DNA of 64,000 nt, taken from positions 9,853 to 73,852 of the forward strand of contig JBBJMG010000015.1 in NCBI GenBank assembly GCA_037720205.1. Direction: 5' to 3'. Under the pieces are notes generated by a model that was not told the DNA's origin, did not search any database, and saw only the letters and a list, made by a program, of their open reading frames with translations. Position numbers and translations under genes: made by a program. Position 1 is the stretch's first letter. Each line of letters begins with the position of its first letter. The stretch is from Pyrinomonadaceae bacterium. Its GTDB lineage: Bacteria > Acidobacteriota > Blastocatellia > Pyrinomonadales > Pyrinomonadaceae. This document shows positions 49,360 to 57,894 of this stretch, piece after piece.

Positions 49360-51600
49360 ATGTTCACGCAATTTTCTCGTTATCTCCTTGTTTCAGTGTT
49401 GACGGTCTCGGTGGTTGCACAGTCTTCAGGGCCAACGCGCGAGATGATGGGCTTTTCCACCTCCTCGGCCGCAAGTCAGCGCGCTCTCGAAGCGAAATTT
49501 GATTCCTATTTGAACCCTGGCAGTCAGCGAGACTGGATGAAACGACTGTCCGCCCGCCCGCACTATCTCGGTTCACCGTACAACAAGACGAATGCGGAAT
49601 TCATTGCGGCCCAATTCAAATCTTGGGGATACGACACGGAGATCGAGCAGTTTGAGGTCCTATTCCCTTCGCCTAAGACAAGGATCGTGCAGATGACCGC
49701 GCCAACTAGGTTCACCTTGAAGTTGCGCGAGCCCGCGCTCAAAGAGGACGCAACGTCTTCGCAGCAGCTCGAACAGCTGCCAACCTACAACGCCTATTCG
49801 GCAGAAGGTGATGTGACCGGAGCCCTTGTGTATGTAAATTACGGTACGCCTGCTGATTATGATGAACTCGAGAAACGCGGCATCGATGTGAGAGGCAAGA
49901 TTGTCATTTCGCGCTATGGCGGCTCATGGCGGGGAATTAAGCCTAAGGTTGCCGCCGAGCATGGAGCTGTCGGATGTCTGATCTATTCAGACCCGCGTGA
50001 CGACGGATATTTCCAAGGCGACGTTTATCCAAAAGGAGCTTATAGAAACGAGAATGGGGCTCAACGCGGCTCGGTTATGGATATGCCGACGCATCCCGGC
50101 GACCCGCTCACCAAGGGAATCGGTGCGGTCAAGGGTGCCAAACGCATTGATATTCGAACTGCCCCAACGCTGACAAAGATTCCTGTTCTCCCTATTTCAT
50201 ACGGCGACGCCCTGCCGCTGCTCAAAAATCTCGATGGAGCGGTCGTCCCTCAGGCGTGGCGTGGAGCTCTTCCGATCACGTATCACTTTGGCGGCAAGAC
50301 TCCGACCGTGCGGATTAAGCTCGAATTTAACTGGGACATGAAGACGATCTACAACGTGATCGCAAAAATGCCCGGTCGCGAGCTGCCTGACCAGTGGATA
50401 ATTCGCGGCAATCACCATGACGCCTGGGTCAACGGCGCCGCCGATCCGATTAGCGGGATGGTCGCAGAAATGGATGAGGCTCGGGCGATCGGCGAACTAG
50501 CGAAAACCGGTTGGCGGCCAAAGCGGACTATCGTTTATGCAGCGTGGGATGCCGAAGAACAGGGGCTCATCGGCTCGACCGAGTGGGTCGAGACACACGC
50601 CGAGCAGCTACGCCAGAAGGCGGCTGTTTACATTAACACCGACGCCAATGGCCGCGGGTTTCTCGGCATCGGCGGCTCGCACACCCTCGAAAAGTTTATT
50701 AATGATGTAGGGCGCGATGTGCCGGACCCGCAGACAACAATGTCGGTCTGGGAACGTGCTCGGGCGGAAGAAATTGTGAATGGGCCAGCCTCAGCACGTG
50801 CCGAAACGATGTCTCGCCACGACCTAAGGATCTCGGCCCTCGGGTCGGGCTCCGATTACACGCCGTTCCTACAGCATCTCGGCATCGCCTCGCTGAACAT
50901 CGGATTTGGCGGCGAGAATGGGGGTGGCTCTTACCATTCGATCTACGATTCGTTTGATCATTACGCTCGGTTTGGTGATCCGGGATTTGCTTACGGCGTT
51001 GCGTTGTCGAAAGTCTGCGGTCACGCCGTACTTCGCTTGGCAAACGCGGAGACGCTGCCATTCGAATTCACCAATTTTGCCGACACGATTTCAGTGTATG
51101 TGAACGAATTGGCAAAACTCACCGACCAGATGCGCGAGGATACAAAGAACACAAACCTCGCGATCTCAAGCGGGATGTGGATGGCGGTGCAGGATCCCAC
51201 GAAGACCTACATCGTTCCGAAACCGAAGGAGCTGGTACCTGCCGTAGATTTCGCACCGCTTCAAAAGGCCTTGAAAACTCTGCAAAACAGTGCGAAAGGT
51301 TTTGAGAAAGCCTCTGCCGGAAAAGCGGTCGCGGAACGTTCCCGAAAAACCCTCGACGAAATAATTTTCAGAACGGAGCGAGCGCTCACGCGTACCGAGG
51401 GTCTGCCGCGACGCGATTGGTTTCGTCATCAGGTTTACGCACCTGGATTCTACACGGGCTACGGCGTTAAAACGCTGCCGGGAATTCGCGAGGCCGTCGA
51501 GCAGCGAAACTGGCAAGAGGCCCGCGAGCAAATCGCAATCGTCTCACGCACTCTGGAGAATTTTGCGGCAGAAATCGATAGGGCGGCAAAGCTTTACTAG
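49360..51600 (+). CDS. M28-family metallopeptidase, glutamate carboxypeptidase II / transferrin-receptor-like
   Basis: Signal peptide, PA domain, M28 zinc-ligand region (GNHHDAW, WDAEEQGLIGS), TfR-like dimerisation domain. GGAGGG RBS before the ATG at 49360. Confidence 0.85.
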   Translation: MFTQFSRYLLVSVLTVSVVAQSSGPTREMMGFSTSSAASQRALEAKFDSYLNPGSQRDWMKRLSARPHYLGSPYNKTNAEFIAAQFKSWGYDTEIEQFEVLFPSPKTRIVQMTAPTRFTLKLREPALKEDATSSQQLEQLPTYNAYSAEGDVTGALVYVNYGTPADYDELEKRGIDVRGKIVISRYGGSWRGIKPKVAAEHGAVGCLIYSDPRDDGYFQGDVYPKGAYRNENGAQRGSVMDMPTHPGDPLTKGIGAVKGAKRIDIRTAPTLTKIPVLPISYGDALPLLKNLDGAVVPQAWRGALPITYHFGGKTPTVRIKLEFNWDMKTIYNVIAKMPGRELPDQWIIRGNHHDAWVNGAADPISGMVAEMDEARAIGELAKTGWRPKRTIVYAAWDAEEQGLIGSTEWVETHAEQLRQKAAVYINTDANGRGFLGIGGSHTLEKFINDVGRDVPDPQTTMSVWERARAEEIVNGPASARAETMSRHDLRISALGSGSDYTPFLQHLGIASLNIGFGGENGGGSYHSIYDSFDHYARFGDPGFAYGVALSKVCGHAVLRLANAETLPFEFTNFADTISVYVNELAKLTDQMREDTKNTNLAISSGMWMAVQDPTKTYIVPKPKELVPAVDFAPLQKALKTLQNSAKGFEKASAGKAVAERSRKTLDEIIFRTERALTRTEGLPRRDWFRHQVYAPGFYTGYGVKTLPGIREAVEQRNWQEAREQIAIVSRTLENFAAEIDRAAKLY

Positions 51601-51605
51601 CCAAT

Positions 51606-52361
51606 ATGCCGCTCGTAAACATCATCAATCACGGCTCGACCCGTATCATCGAGCTAAACCGGCCGGATAAACGCAATGCGCTGAATGACGAGCTGATCGC
51701 GTCGTTAAAAAGCGCACTCGCCGACGCCGAGACGGACGACACGCTATCAGCAATCATTATTCGCGGCGCGGGAAAAGATTTTTGCTCGGGCGCCGATCTT
51801 GCGTCGATACACAAAATTGCGGGCGCGACATACGAGGAGAATGTCGAGGACGCTCGCTCACTGGCTGACCTCTTCGAACTGATTCGAAAGGTTCGCGTCC
51901 CCGTGATCGCGGCGGTTCACGGGCGGGCCCTTGCGGGCGGGTGCGGCCTTGCGACGGCTTGCGATCTGGTTGTCGCGGCGCGTTCGGCGAGTTTCGGGTA
52001 TCCGGAGGTCAAGATCGGGTTTGTTCCCGCGATGGTGGCGGCAATCCTAAGGCGTAATCTTGGCGAAAAGAAAAGCTTTGAGCTGCTGACACAGGGTTTT
52101 GAGTTCTCGGCCGAAGACGCTCTGCATTTCGGCCTAGTCAACGCCGTTTTCGACGACGAAGCCTTCGACACCGCCGCGGTTCGTTACGCCGGCGTTTACG
52201 CCATCGTCAGCCGCTCGGCCGTTGCGATGACAAAACGCCTACTCTACGACATCGACGCCCTGCCTCTAGCCGAAGCGGTCCAGCTCGGCGTCGAGACCAA
52301 CGCCCGTGCCCGCATGACCGACGATTGTAAGAAGGGAATTGCTAAGTTTCTGGATAAGTAA
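51606..52361 (+). CDS. Enoyl-CoA hydratase/isomerase family protein
   Basis: Full-length crotonase fold (GAGKDFCSGADL, GRALAGGCGLATACD). Confidence 0.85.
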   Translation: MPLVNIINHGSTRIIELNRPDKRNALNDELIASLKSALADAETDDTLSAIIIRGAGKDFCSGADLASIHKIAGATYEENVEDARSLADLFELIRKVRVPVIAAVHGRALAGGCGLATACDLVVAARSASFGYPEVKIGFVPAMVAAILRRNLGEKKSFELLTQGFEFSAEDALHFGLVNAVFDDEAFDTAAVRYAGVYAIVSRSAVAMTKRLLYDIDALPLAEAVQLGVETNARARMTDDCKKGIAKFLDK

Positions 52362-52404
52362 TTGGTGTTAGCGGCTATGCTATTATCTGCAAGAGAGTTT
52401 AGAT

Positions 52405-52617
52405 ATGAACACAAATTTTGCAAGCGTGGTTGATGAGGTTCGAGAACTTTCCGTTGAAGAGAGACGGGAGTTAATCGACGTGCTTGAACAATCGCTTATC
52501 GACGAACGTCGAGACGAAATATTTGATACTGGCGAAGGAGCTAGGCGCAAATTTAGTAACGGCGAGTTAAAGACTTACTCAAATATTGATGAGATGATGC
52601 GATCCCTGAATGATTAA
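52405..52617 (+). CDS. Putative type II antitoxin
   Basis: 70-aa acidic protein. 8-nt overlap with the downstream RelE/YafQ-like toxin gene. Confidence 0.6.
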   Translation: MNTNFASVVDEVRELSVEERRELIDVLEQSLIDERRDEIFDTGEGARRKFSNGELKTYSNIDEMMRSLND

Positions 52618-52879
52618 GGTCGCCTACAGCTCATCGTTCAAGCGATCCTACAAACGAAAGGTCGCGACCGGTTCGGACGGCGAAGCGAAATTCCGATCTA
52701 AACTTGAAGCGTTCATGAACGATCCCTTCGACCAGACGCTCAGAACCCACAAACTTTCCGGCAAGTTGAAGAATTATTGGAGTTTCAGCATTGAATATGA
52801 CCTGCGGGTCATTTTCTATTTTGAAGATGCCAAAACCGTAGTCTTTGTCGATCTCGGCACACACAAGGAAGTTTACTAG
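52610..52879 (+). CDS. RelE/StbE/YafQ-family type II toxin (mRNA interferase)
   Basis: 89 aa. FKRSYKRK...LRTHKLSGKLKNYWSFSIEYDLRVIF...VVFVDLGTHKEVY fits the RelE/YafQ pattern. Confidence 0.8.
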   Translation: MIKVAYSSSFKRSYKRKVATGSDGEAKFRSKLEAFMNDPFDQTLRTHKLSGKLKNYWSFSIEYDLRVIFYFEDAKTVVFVDLGTHKEVY

Positions 52880-52899
52880 CCGTTGCGAGGATAAAATGC

Positions 52900-53022
52900 A
52901 TGCTCGCGCGAATAGACGCCCTGCCTCTAGCCGACGCGATGCAGCTCGGCGTCCAAACCAAAGCCCGCGCCCGCATGACCGACGATTGTAAGAAAGGAAT
53001 CTCTAAGTTTTTGGGGAAGTAA
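52900..53022 (+). pseudogene. Orphan duplicate of the 3' end of the enoyl-CoA hydratase gene
   Basis: 52912..53022 aligns without gaps to 52251..52361 (97 of 111 nt by hand). It encodes MLARIDALPLADAMQLGVQTKARARMTDDCKKGISKFLGK, against ...DIDALPLAEAVQLGVETNARARMTDDCKKGIAKFLDK in the intact gene. Confidence 0.75.
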
Positions 53023-53026
53023 CGCC

Positions 53027-53359
53027 TTAGAGATCGTCGGGAATTCTGATCAGCGGGCTGAAGTCGACTTTCCAGCTATCAATTTCGAATAACTTTCCGT
53101 CTTTATCAAGATTGAGAGTGACCAGGACGTCAGTTCCGTCCTGATCTTTAAACTCTATCCTGCTAGCGACACCACCGAACACACGCTCCTCCTGCTCGCA
53201 GCCATCAGGAAACAACAGGAGACCTCCCATCTCCCCGTCATCCATCGTTTCGACGGAAAGTGTATTCTTCCACTCCGGCGGAAGCGCCAGATTTGACCGT
53301 TGTACCAACGCTTCGATTAGGCGTCGTTCGCTCGTTGATGGTCTACGAAAGCTATCCAC
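53027..53359 (-). CDS. Hypothetical protein, possibly an orphan immunity-type protein
   Basis: 110 aa. DGEMGGLLLF and LFEIDSWKVDFSPL recall small immunity-protein families of polymorphic toxin systems. From memory only. Confidence 0.4.
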   Translation of the reverse strand: MDSFRRPSTSERRLIEALVQRSNLALPPEWKNTLSVETMDDGEMGGLLLFPDGCEQEERVFGGVASRIEFKDQDGTDVLVTLNLDKDGKLFEIDSWKVDFSPLIRIPDDL

Positions 53360-53507
53360 GACACCATCATCTCAAAGGGAACCCGTATTCGCCGACTCAG
53401 GCGCACGCAAATGCATTACGGCTTGGCGGGGCATTAACGCCACTGGCGCGGGTTCGAGAGACACACACACGTCGTTTCAGAAGGCGGGTGCTGGGCTTCG
53501 GATGGGA

Positions 53508-53653
53508 TTTACACCGCTTCACTGGCACGTATATCACTTTGAGAGGCACTTGCGCGGCGTCGAATGGCACTTACTCAGTCTCGGAGGCGTTTACATCGCT
53601 TCGGGAGGAACTTACGCGGCGTTGACTGGAATCTTCAGGGCTTCGGCTGCGAC
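53508..53653. repeat. Degenerate ~21-bp tandem repeat array (about 7 units)
   Basis: Units start at 53508, 53529, 53550, 53571, 53592, 53612 and 53634. Approximate consensus TTaCnCnGCnTCnnnnGGcAC. GGCAC ends at 53528, 53549 and 53570 are exactly 21 nt apart. Confidence 0.55.
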
Positions 53654-54069
53654 TTCTGTGTCCTCGCTAAGTTTCGACGGCCAAGTTTTGTGTAGCCGTG
53701 CGTCTCTGCGACCCAAGGTCGTTGAGCGGGACCTTCATTATCAATCACGTCAAATTCAGCACCCCGTTCCCTCAGTAGTCGACGGAACCGCGAAACATTC
53801 CTTTTTCCCCAAACGCCGATGGTTTCGTCAATTTCCTCTGTAGGGTGCCAAGTTACATATCCACCGAATAGTGTTTGGAATTCAGCCAGGGGAATGAATT
53901 GTTCAATCCATTTTCTTTCACCCTTTATCACCGCAGGCACAGAACGCGTGTACCCCAGAAGCGGAGCATCGAACGAATAAAGCTTGCCCTTCGTACGGCC
54001 TGCCGAGCCGCGCCGAAAGTATGAGGCGATCGAGGCCCATAATTCGCTTGTTAGCCGTCCAACTTTCAC
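53635..54069 (-). CDS. Hypothetical protein downstream of the AtuA-like gene
   Basis: GTG start 3 nt after the AtuA-like stop. No family recognised. The 3' end runs into the repeat array, so the C-terminus is uncertain. Confidence 0.4.
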   Translation of the reverse strand: MKVGRLTSELWASIASYFRRGSAGRTKGKLYSFDAPLLGYTRSVPAVIKGERKWIEQFIPLAEFQTLFGGYVTWHPTEEIDETIGVWGKRNVSRFRRLLRERGAEFDVIDNEGPAQRPWVAETHGYTKLGRRNLARTQKSQPKP

Positions 54070-54072
54070 ACT

Positions 54073-55554
54073 TTACGTCTCGACGATATCGACCTTTGTT
54101 TCGATCAGGGACTTCGGGATAAGGGCGGGGAAGTAGGCCATGATTTCTTCGACTTTGGGGCGGCCACCGGCGAAGCCTGTGACGGATGGCGGGCCGGTGA
54201 GGATTAACGGGGCGATCTCTTTGGTGAAGCGTTCGACGTCGGCCTTGTTTGGACCGCGGACGCCCACTCTTAGCTGAACTTCTGGAATATCTGCAAGGTT
54301 GTTCGCCGCAAGCGGCGATGCAGGCAAGGGTGCCTGCGTTCCGACGGGAGAGGCGGCTGCTCCCACCACCCCGTCAGCCGAAGCGGCGGCCTCCCCTCCT
54401 CGGGCAGGAGGGGAGCTTAGAGCGAGGTGGCCGTGGGTTGCGTTTACGCCTACGTATTCGGTTAGGATGACATCGAATTTTAAGCCAAGATTGTCGAGGC
54501 GCTGGCGGAGGATTCTGTCTGCGGCCTGAGCTTTCTCGTAGGCGTCGGGCCATGAATAGACGAGAGTTCCGACCGCTTTGAAACCGTCAGCGTAGGCGAT
54601 CGAGACCTTGTAAGAATCGGTGCTTCGGTTTCCTTTTATTCCGTAGACTCGCACACGGTTTTCGCCCGCGTCTTCTAATTGAATCGTCGTGAAATCCGCG
54701 ACGACATCCGGCGTGATGTATTCGTGCGGGTCGCCCATTTCATAAAGCAGTTGCTCTTTTATGCCCGGAATATTTACGCGGCCGCCTGTTCCATCGTGTT
54801 TGGTGACGATAAAGGTGCCGTCGGGGCTGGCCTCGACTATGGGAAAGCCGACGTTTGCCATATCGGGGATCGACTGCCAGTCGTATTGGCAATTACCACC
54901 GCTCGATTGGGCTCCGCATTCGATAATGTGTCCGGCGATGGTACCGGCCGAGACGCGGTCCCAATCGTCAAACTTCCATCGGAATTCGTGCATCAGCGGA
55001 GCGAGTGTCAGGCCTGTGTCCGTCAAACGCCCGCCGACTATTATATTGGCACCCTTGCCCAAGGCTTCGACCAATGGAGCTGCGCCGAGATAGACGTTGG
55101 CTGACTGAACCTTGTCGCGAATCGCGGCGAGCGGCTCGCCCGTGTCCATGCTGTTGATCTCGACGCCGTCTCTTATAAATTCGTCGAGACGATCAAGGAT
55201 GTCATCGCCCGTCACCACGCCGATTTTTACCTTGCCGCCAAGCCCGAGTTCGACGGCGACATCTTTGATCGCCTCGGCACAGCCCTTTACATTGACGCCG
55301 CCAGCGTTGGAGAGGACTTTGATATCTTTCTCAACACAGTCGGGCAGGATTTCTCGCATCAGTGTGACGAAGTCGCGAGCAAAACCGGCTTTCGGGTCAC
55401 GCTGCTTCTGCTTTTGAACGATCGACATCGTTACCTCGGCTAAGTAGTCGAGCATGAGGTAATCGATGGGGCCTTTGCGAACCTGATCGACGGGCGCCGT
55501 GAGCAGATCTCCCCAAAAACCCTGGCCGCCCGCAACTCTGACCTTCTCTTTCAT
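54073..55554 (-). CDS. AtuA-family (DUF1446) acyclic terpene utilisation-like protein
   Basis: [16 protein letters not shown]...[15 protein letters not shown]-terminal signature of DUF1446/AtuA. Contains an Ala/Pro/Gly-rich insertion. Confidence 0.8.
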   Translation of the reverse strand: MKEKVRVAGGQGFWGDLLTAPVDQVRKGPIDYLMLDYLAEVTMSIVQKQKQRDPKAGFARDFVTLMREILPDCVEKDIKVLSNAGGVNVKGCAEAIKDVAVELGLGGKVKIGVVTGDDILDRLDEFIRDGVEINSMDTGEPLAAIRDKVQSANVYLGAAPLVEALGKGANIIVGGRLTDTGLTLAPLMHEFRWKFDDWDRVSAGTIAGHIIECGAQSSGGNCQYDWQSIPDMANVGFPIVEASPDGTFIVTKHDGTGGRVNIPGIKEQLLYEMGDPHEYITPDVVADFTTIQLEDAGENRVRVYGIKGNRSTDSYKVSIAYADGFKAVGTLVYSWPDAYEKAQAADRILRQRLDNLGLKFDVILTEYVGVNATHGHLALSSPPARGGEAAASADGVVGAAASPVGTQAPLPASPLAANNLADIPEVQLRVGVRGPNKADVERFTKEIAPLILTGPPSVTGFAGGRPKVEEIMAYFPALIPKSLIETKVDIVET

Positions 55555-55570
55555 ATCGTCAAGTTAAACA

Positions 55571-55610
55571 AAAGAAAAAACGGCGGTCAACATTACTGCT
55601 GTACCGCCGT
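55571..55610 (-). terminator. Rho-independent terminator of the small secreted-protein gene
   Basis: 8-bp stem (acggcggt / accgccgt), followed on the minus strand by ttttttcttttg. Confidence 0.5.
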
Positions 55611-55632
55611 CGTGTTCCGCTGCTTCTGGAGC

Positions 55633-55950
55633 CTAGACAATTTTTTTGCCTGTGCCGCGGGCTTTGTAGTAAACCCACTTCGTTCCGTTAACCGTTTTCC
55701 GGGCGACCCATTTGCCGCCTCGCCATGAGCTGCTTCCAACCCATTTCGTGCCGTTCCAGGTCTTGCCGCCTACCGTATGGCCGACCCTATAGCCTTTGTT
55801 TACGCCCTTTTTAGAAACGCTATAAGTTTTCTTTGCGGCATCGCTCATGGCATCGCCGGCCTTTTTCATCATCGTTTCCTGCGCACTCGCAGCGACGACA
55901 GCCAACATCGAGAAAACAATAGCAATGATTATCGAATTTACTTTTTTCAT
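55633..55950 (-). CDS. Small basic secreted protein with Trp-containing repeats
   Basis: Signal peptide (AASAQE), then GKTWNGTKWVGSSSWRGGKWVARKTVNGTKWVYYK. Confidence 0.5.
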   Translation of the reverse strand: MKKVNSIIIAIVFSMLAVVAASAQETMMKKAGDAMSDAAKKTYSVSKKGVNKGYRVGHTVGGKTWNGTKWVGSSSWRGGKWVARKTVNGTKWVYYKARGTGKKIV

Positions 55951-56037
55951 AATTTCTCCCCTATTTTGAAGTACTAATTTACCTATAGCTTACCATGATC
56001 ACCGGGCGATTCACTGTATTCTGGAATTCATATACAG

Positions 56038-56442
56038 TTAACGTCCACGGACGTTTGCGTTGATGTAAGTCACGATGTCCTCGGTTGAGGTACCCGGCAA
56101 AAAGATCTCTGAAACGCCTATAGCCTTGAGCTTAGCGATATCTTCCTGGGGTACGATGCCGCCGACGAGTATTAAGGTGTCATCCATTCCATTCTCTTTC
56201 ATTAGGTTGACGATGCGGGGACAAAGCGTATTGTGAGCGCCACTCAGGATTGAAATGCCGACGGCATCGACATCCTCTTGCAGCGCCGCCGTCGCGATCA
56301 TCTCGGGTGTTTGCCGCAGGCCAGTGTAAATGACCTCCATACCCGCGTCGCGCAGTGCCCGGGCGATAATTTTGGCGCCGCGATCATGGCCGTCGAGGCC
56401 CGGTTTCGCGACTAGAACTCTAATCTTTCTATCATTTATCAT
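56038..56442 (-). CDS. Cobalamin-binding domain protein (methylmalonyl-CoA-mutase-type small subunit)
   Basis: [15 protein letters not shown] (DxHxxG B12-binding motif) and GGIVP motif. 134 aa. Confidence 0.85.
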   Translation of the reverse strand: MINDRKIRVLVAKPGLDGHDRGAKIIARALRDAGMEVIYTGLRQTPEMIATAALQEDVDAVGISILSGAHNTLCPRIVNLMKENGMDDTLILVGGIVPQEDIAKLKAIGVSEIFLPGTSTEDIVTYINANVRGR

Positions 56443-56486
56443 CGTTATTGATTAACAATTTATAATTCCGATTGATATTTAACAAT

Positions 56487-57320
56487 TCAGTCCTTGAGAT
56501 AATCCATATTGGGCGAGGCGAATATGCAGCGAAGTTTAGCTCCGAGCGTTGGATGCTGCTTTAGCGCATCCCACATTTCGAGCCAGCCATGGGTATTTAT
56601 CCAGAGCGGATTATAGCTTCTAAGGGGCGTGATGATGCCGTACCGGGCCGTTTCCGTTTCCTCGGCATATGAGCCGAAAATACGATCCCAGACTATCAGC
56701 ACACCGGCATAATTCTTGTCGAGATAGGGATTGTTGACGCCGTGGTGCACCCTATGATGCGACGGGGTATTGAAAATGTATTCCAGCGGTCCGAGTCTGT
56801 CTATCAGTTTGGTATGGATCCAAAACTGATAGATTAAATTAAACCCATGCATTACGGCGAACATCCAGGGAGCAAACCCAAGCAACATGATTGGAGCGTA
56901 AAATACCCAATGCAGAGTTCCCGAAAACCAACTCTGGCGAACCGCCACGCTCAGATTGTATTGCTCGCTGGAATGGTGAACTACGTGAAAGTTCCAAAAG
57001 AGACGGGATTCGTGGCTGATGCGGTGGAAAATGTAGTAGGCAAAGTCGTCGATGAAGAACAGGATTGCCCATGTCCACCAGGCATCCGCGGGGAACTTGT
57101 ACGGAGCTAATTCGTATGTATATAAATAGATGAAGGCCGTACCGACGCCAAACAAAGTCCCCCAAGCAACGCTCGCAAAACCGAGGAATATATTGTTCCA
57201 GGTATCCCGGCGGTCGGCGTATTCATCGCTTTTCCGGCGATACGCGATATATCGCTCGCCGGCGATGAGCATTGCGAATATCGGTATGGCGATAACGGTC
57301 GGTTTTAGGAGCGATTCCAT
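56487..57320 (-). CDS. Fatty acid hydroxylase / sterol desaturase family membrane protein
   Basis: Histidine boxes HRISH, HVVHH and HHRVHH. Multiple TM segments. Confidence 0.85.
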   Translation of the reverse strand: MESLLKPTVIAIPIFAMLIAGERYIAYRRKSDEYADRRDTWNNIFLGFASVAWGTLFGVGTAFIYLYTYELAPYKFPADAWWTWAILFFIDDFAYYIFHRISHESRLFWNFHVVHHSSEQYNLSVAVRQSWFSGTLHWVFYAPIMLLGFAPWMFAVMHGFNLIYQFWIHTKLIDRLGPLEYIFNTPSHHRVHHGVNNPYLDKNYAGVLIVWDRIFGSYAEETETARYGIITPLRSYNPLWINTHGWLEMWDALKQHPTLGAKLRCIFASPNMDYLKD

Positions 57321-57391
57321 CTCGAGGCGGATTTGATTATATACTCAGCGGCCGCGTTTGCCAGTATCGCATTGCGTCCGGAGATATTCGC

Positions 57392-57862
57392 ATGATCAAA
57401 AGAATCTTAAAAATCGTGGCTGTGATTCTGGCCGTTGGATTCGTTGCCATGCAGTTTGTACGTATCGATCGCACAAATCCTCCCATCGTATCCAGCGAAA
57501 CCTTGGAATCAGCCGTAACCGTCCCGGCCGATGTATCTCTGGTGTTGTCGCGCTCGTGCAACGACTGCCACTCGCACAAAACGACGTTCCCATGGTATGC
57601 CCAGATCCAGCCAGCGGCGTTTTTTCTTGACGACCATATTCTCGAAGGGCGGCATGAACTGAATTTTAGTAAGTTTAATACTTACGAGCCAAAGAAAAAG
57701 GCGCGGAAACTCGAAGAAATCTGCGAAGAAGTCACAAGCGCCGCAATGCCATTGCCTTCATACTTGTGGATCCACGGCGACGCTATCTTAACGCAGAGTG
57801 AATCAAAGCTGTTGTGCGATTGGACCAACGATGAGCGTGCGAAAATGGGAACTGTGGAGTGA
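57392..57862 (+). CDS. Haem-binding-domain protein (single CxxCH)
   Basis: N-terminal TM anchor and CNDCH motif. Resembles the Haem_bd family (from memory). Confidence 0.6.
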   Translation: MIKRILKIVAVILAVGFVAMQFVRIDRTNPPIVSSETLESAVTVPADVSLVLSRSCNDCHSHKTTFPWYAQIQPAAFFLDDHILEGRHELNFSKFNTYEPKKKARKLEEICEEVTSAAMPLPSYLWIHGDAILTQSESKLLCDWTNDERAKMGTVE

Positions 57863-57894
57863 GCGAAGGTTTAAGATACAAGCGGAAACTTAGA

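Noticed and set aside
53395-53675. The repeat array as a CRISPR array or a coding heptad-repeat gene.
   Set aside because: There is no alternation of conserved repeats with unique spacers and the units are contiguous. The plus-strand ORFs across it (53260..53625, 53502..53843) overlap real minus-strand genes and are open only because the repeat lacks stop codons.
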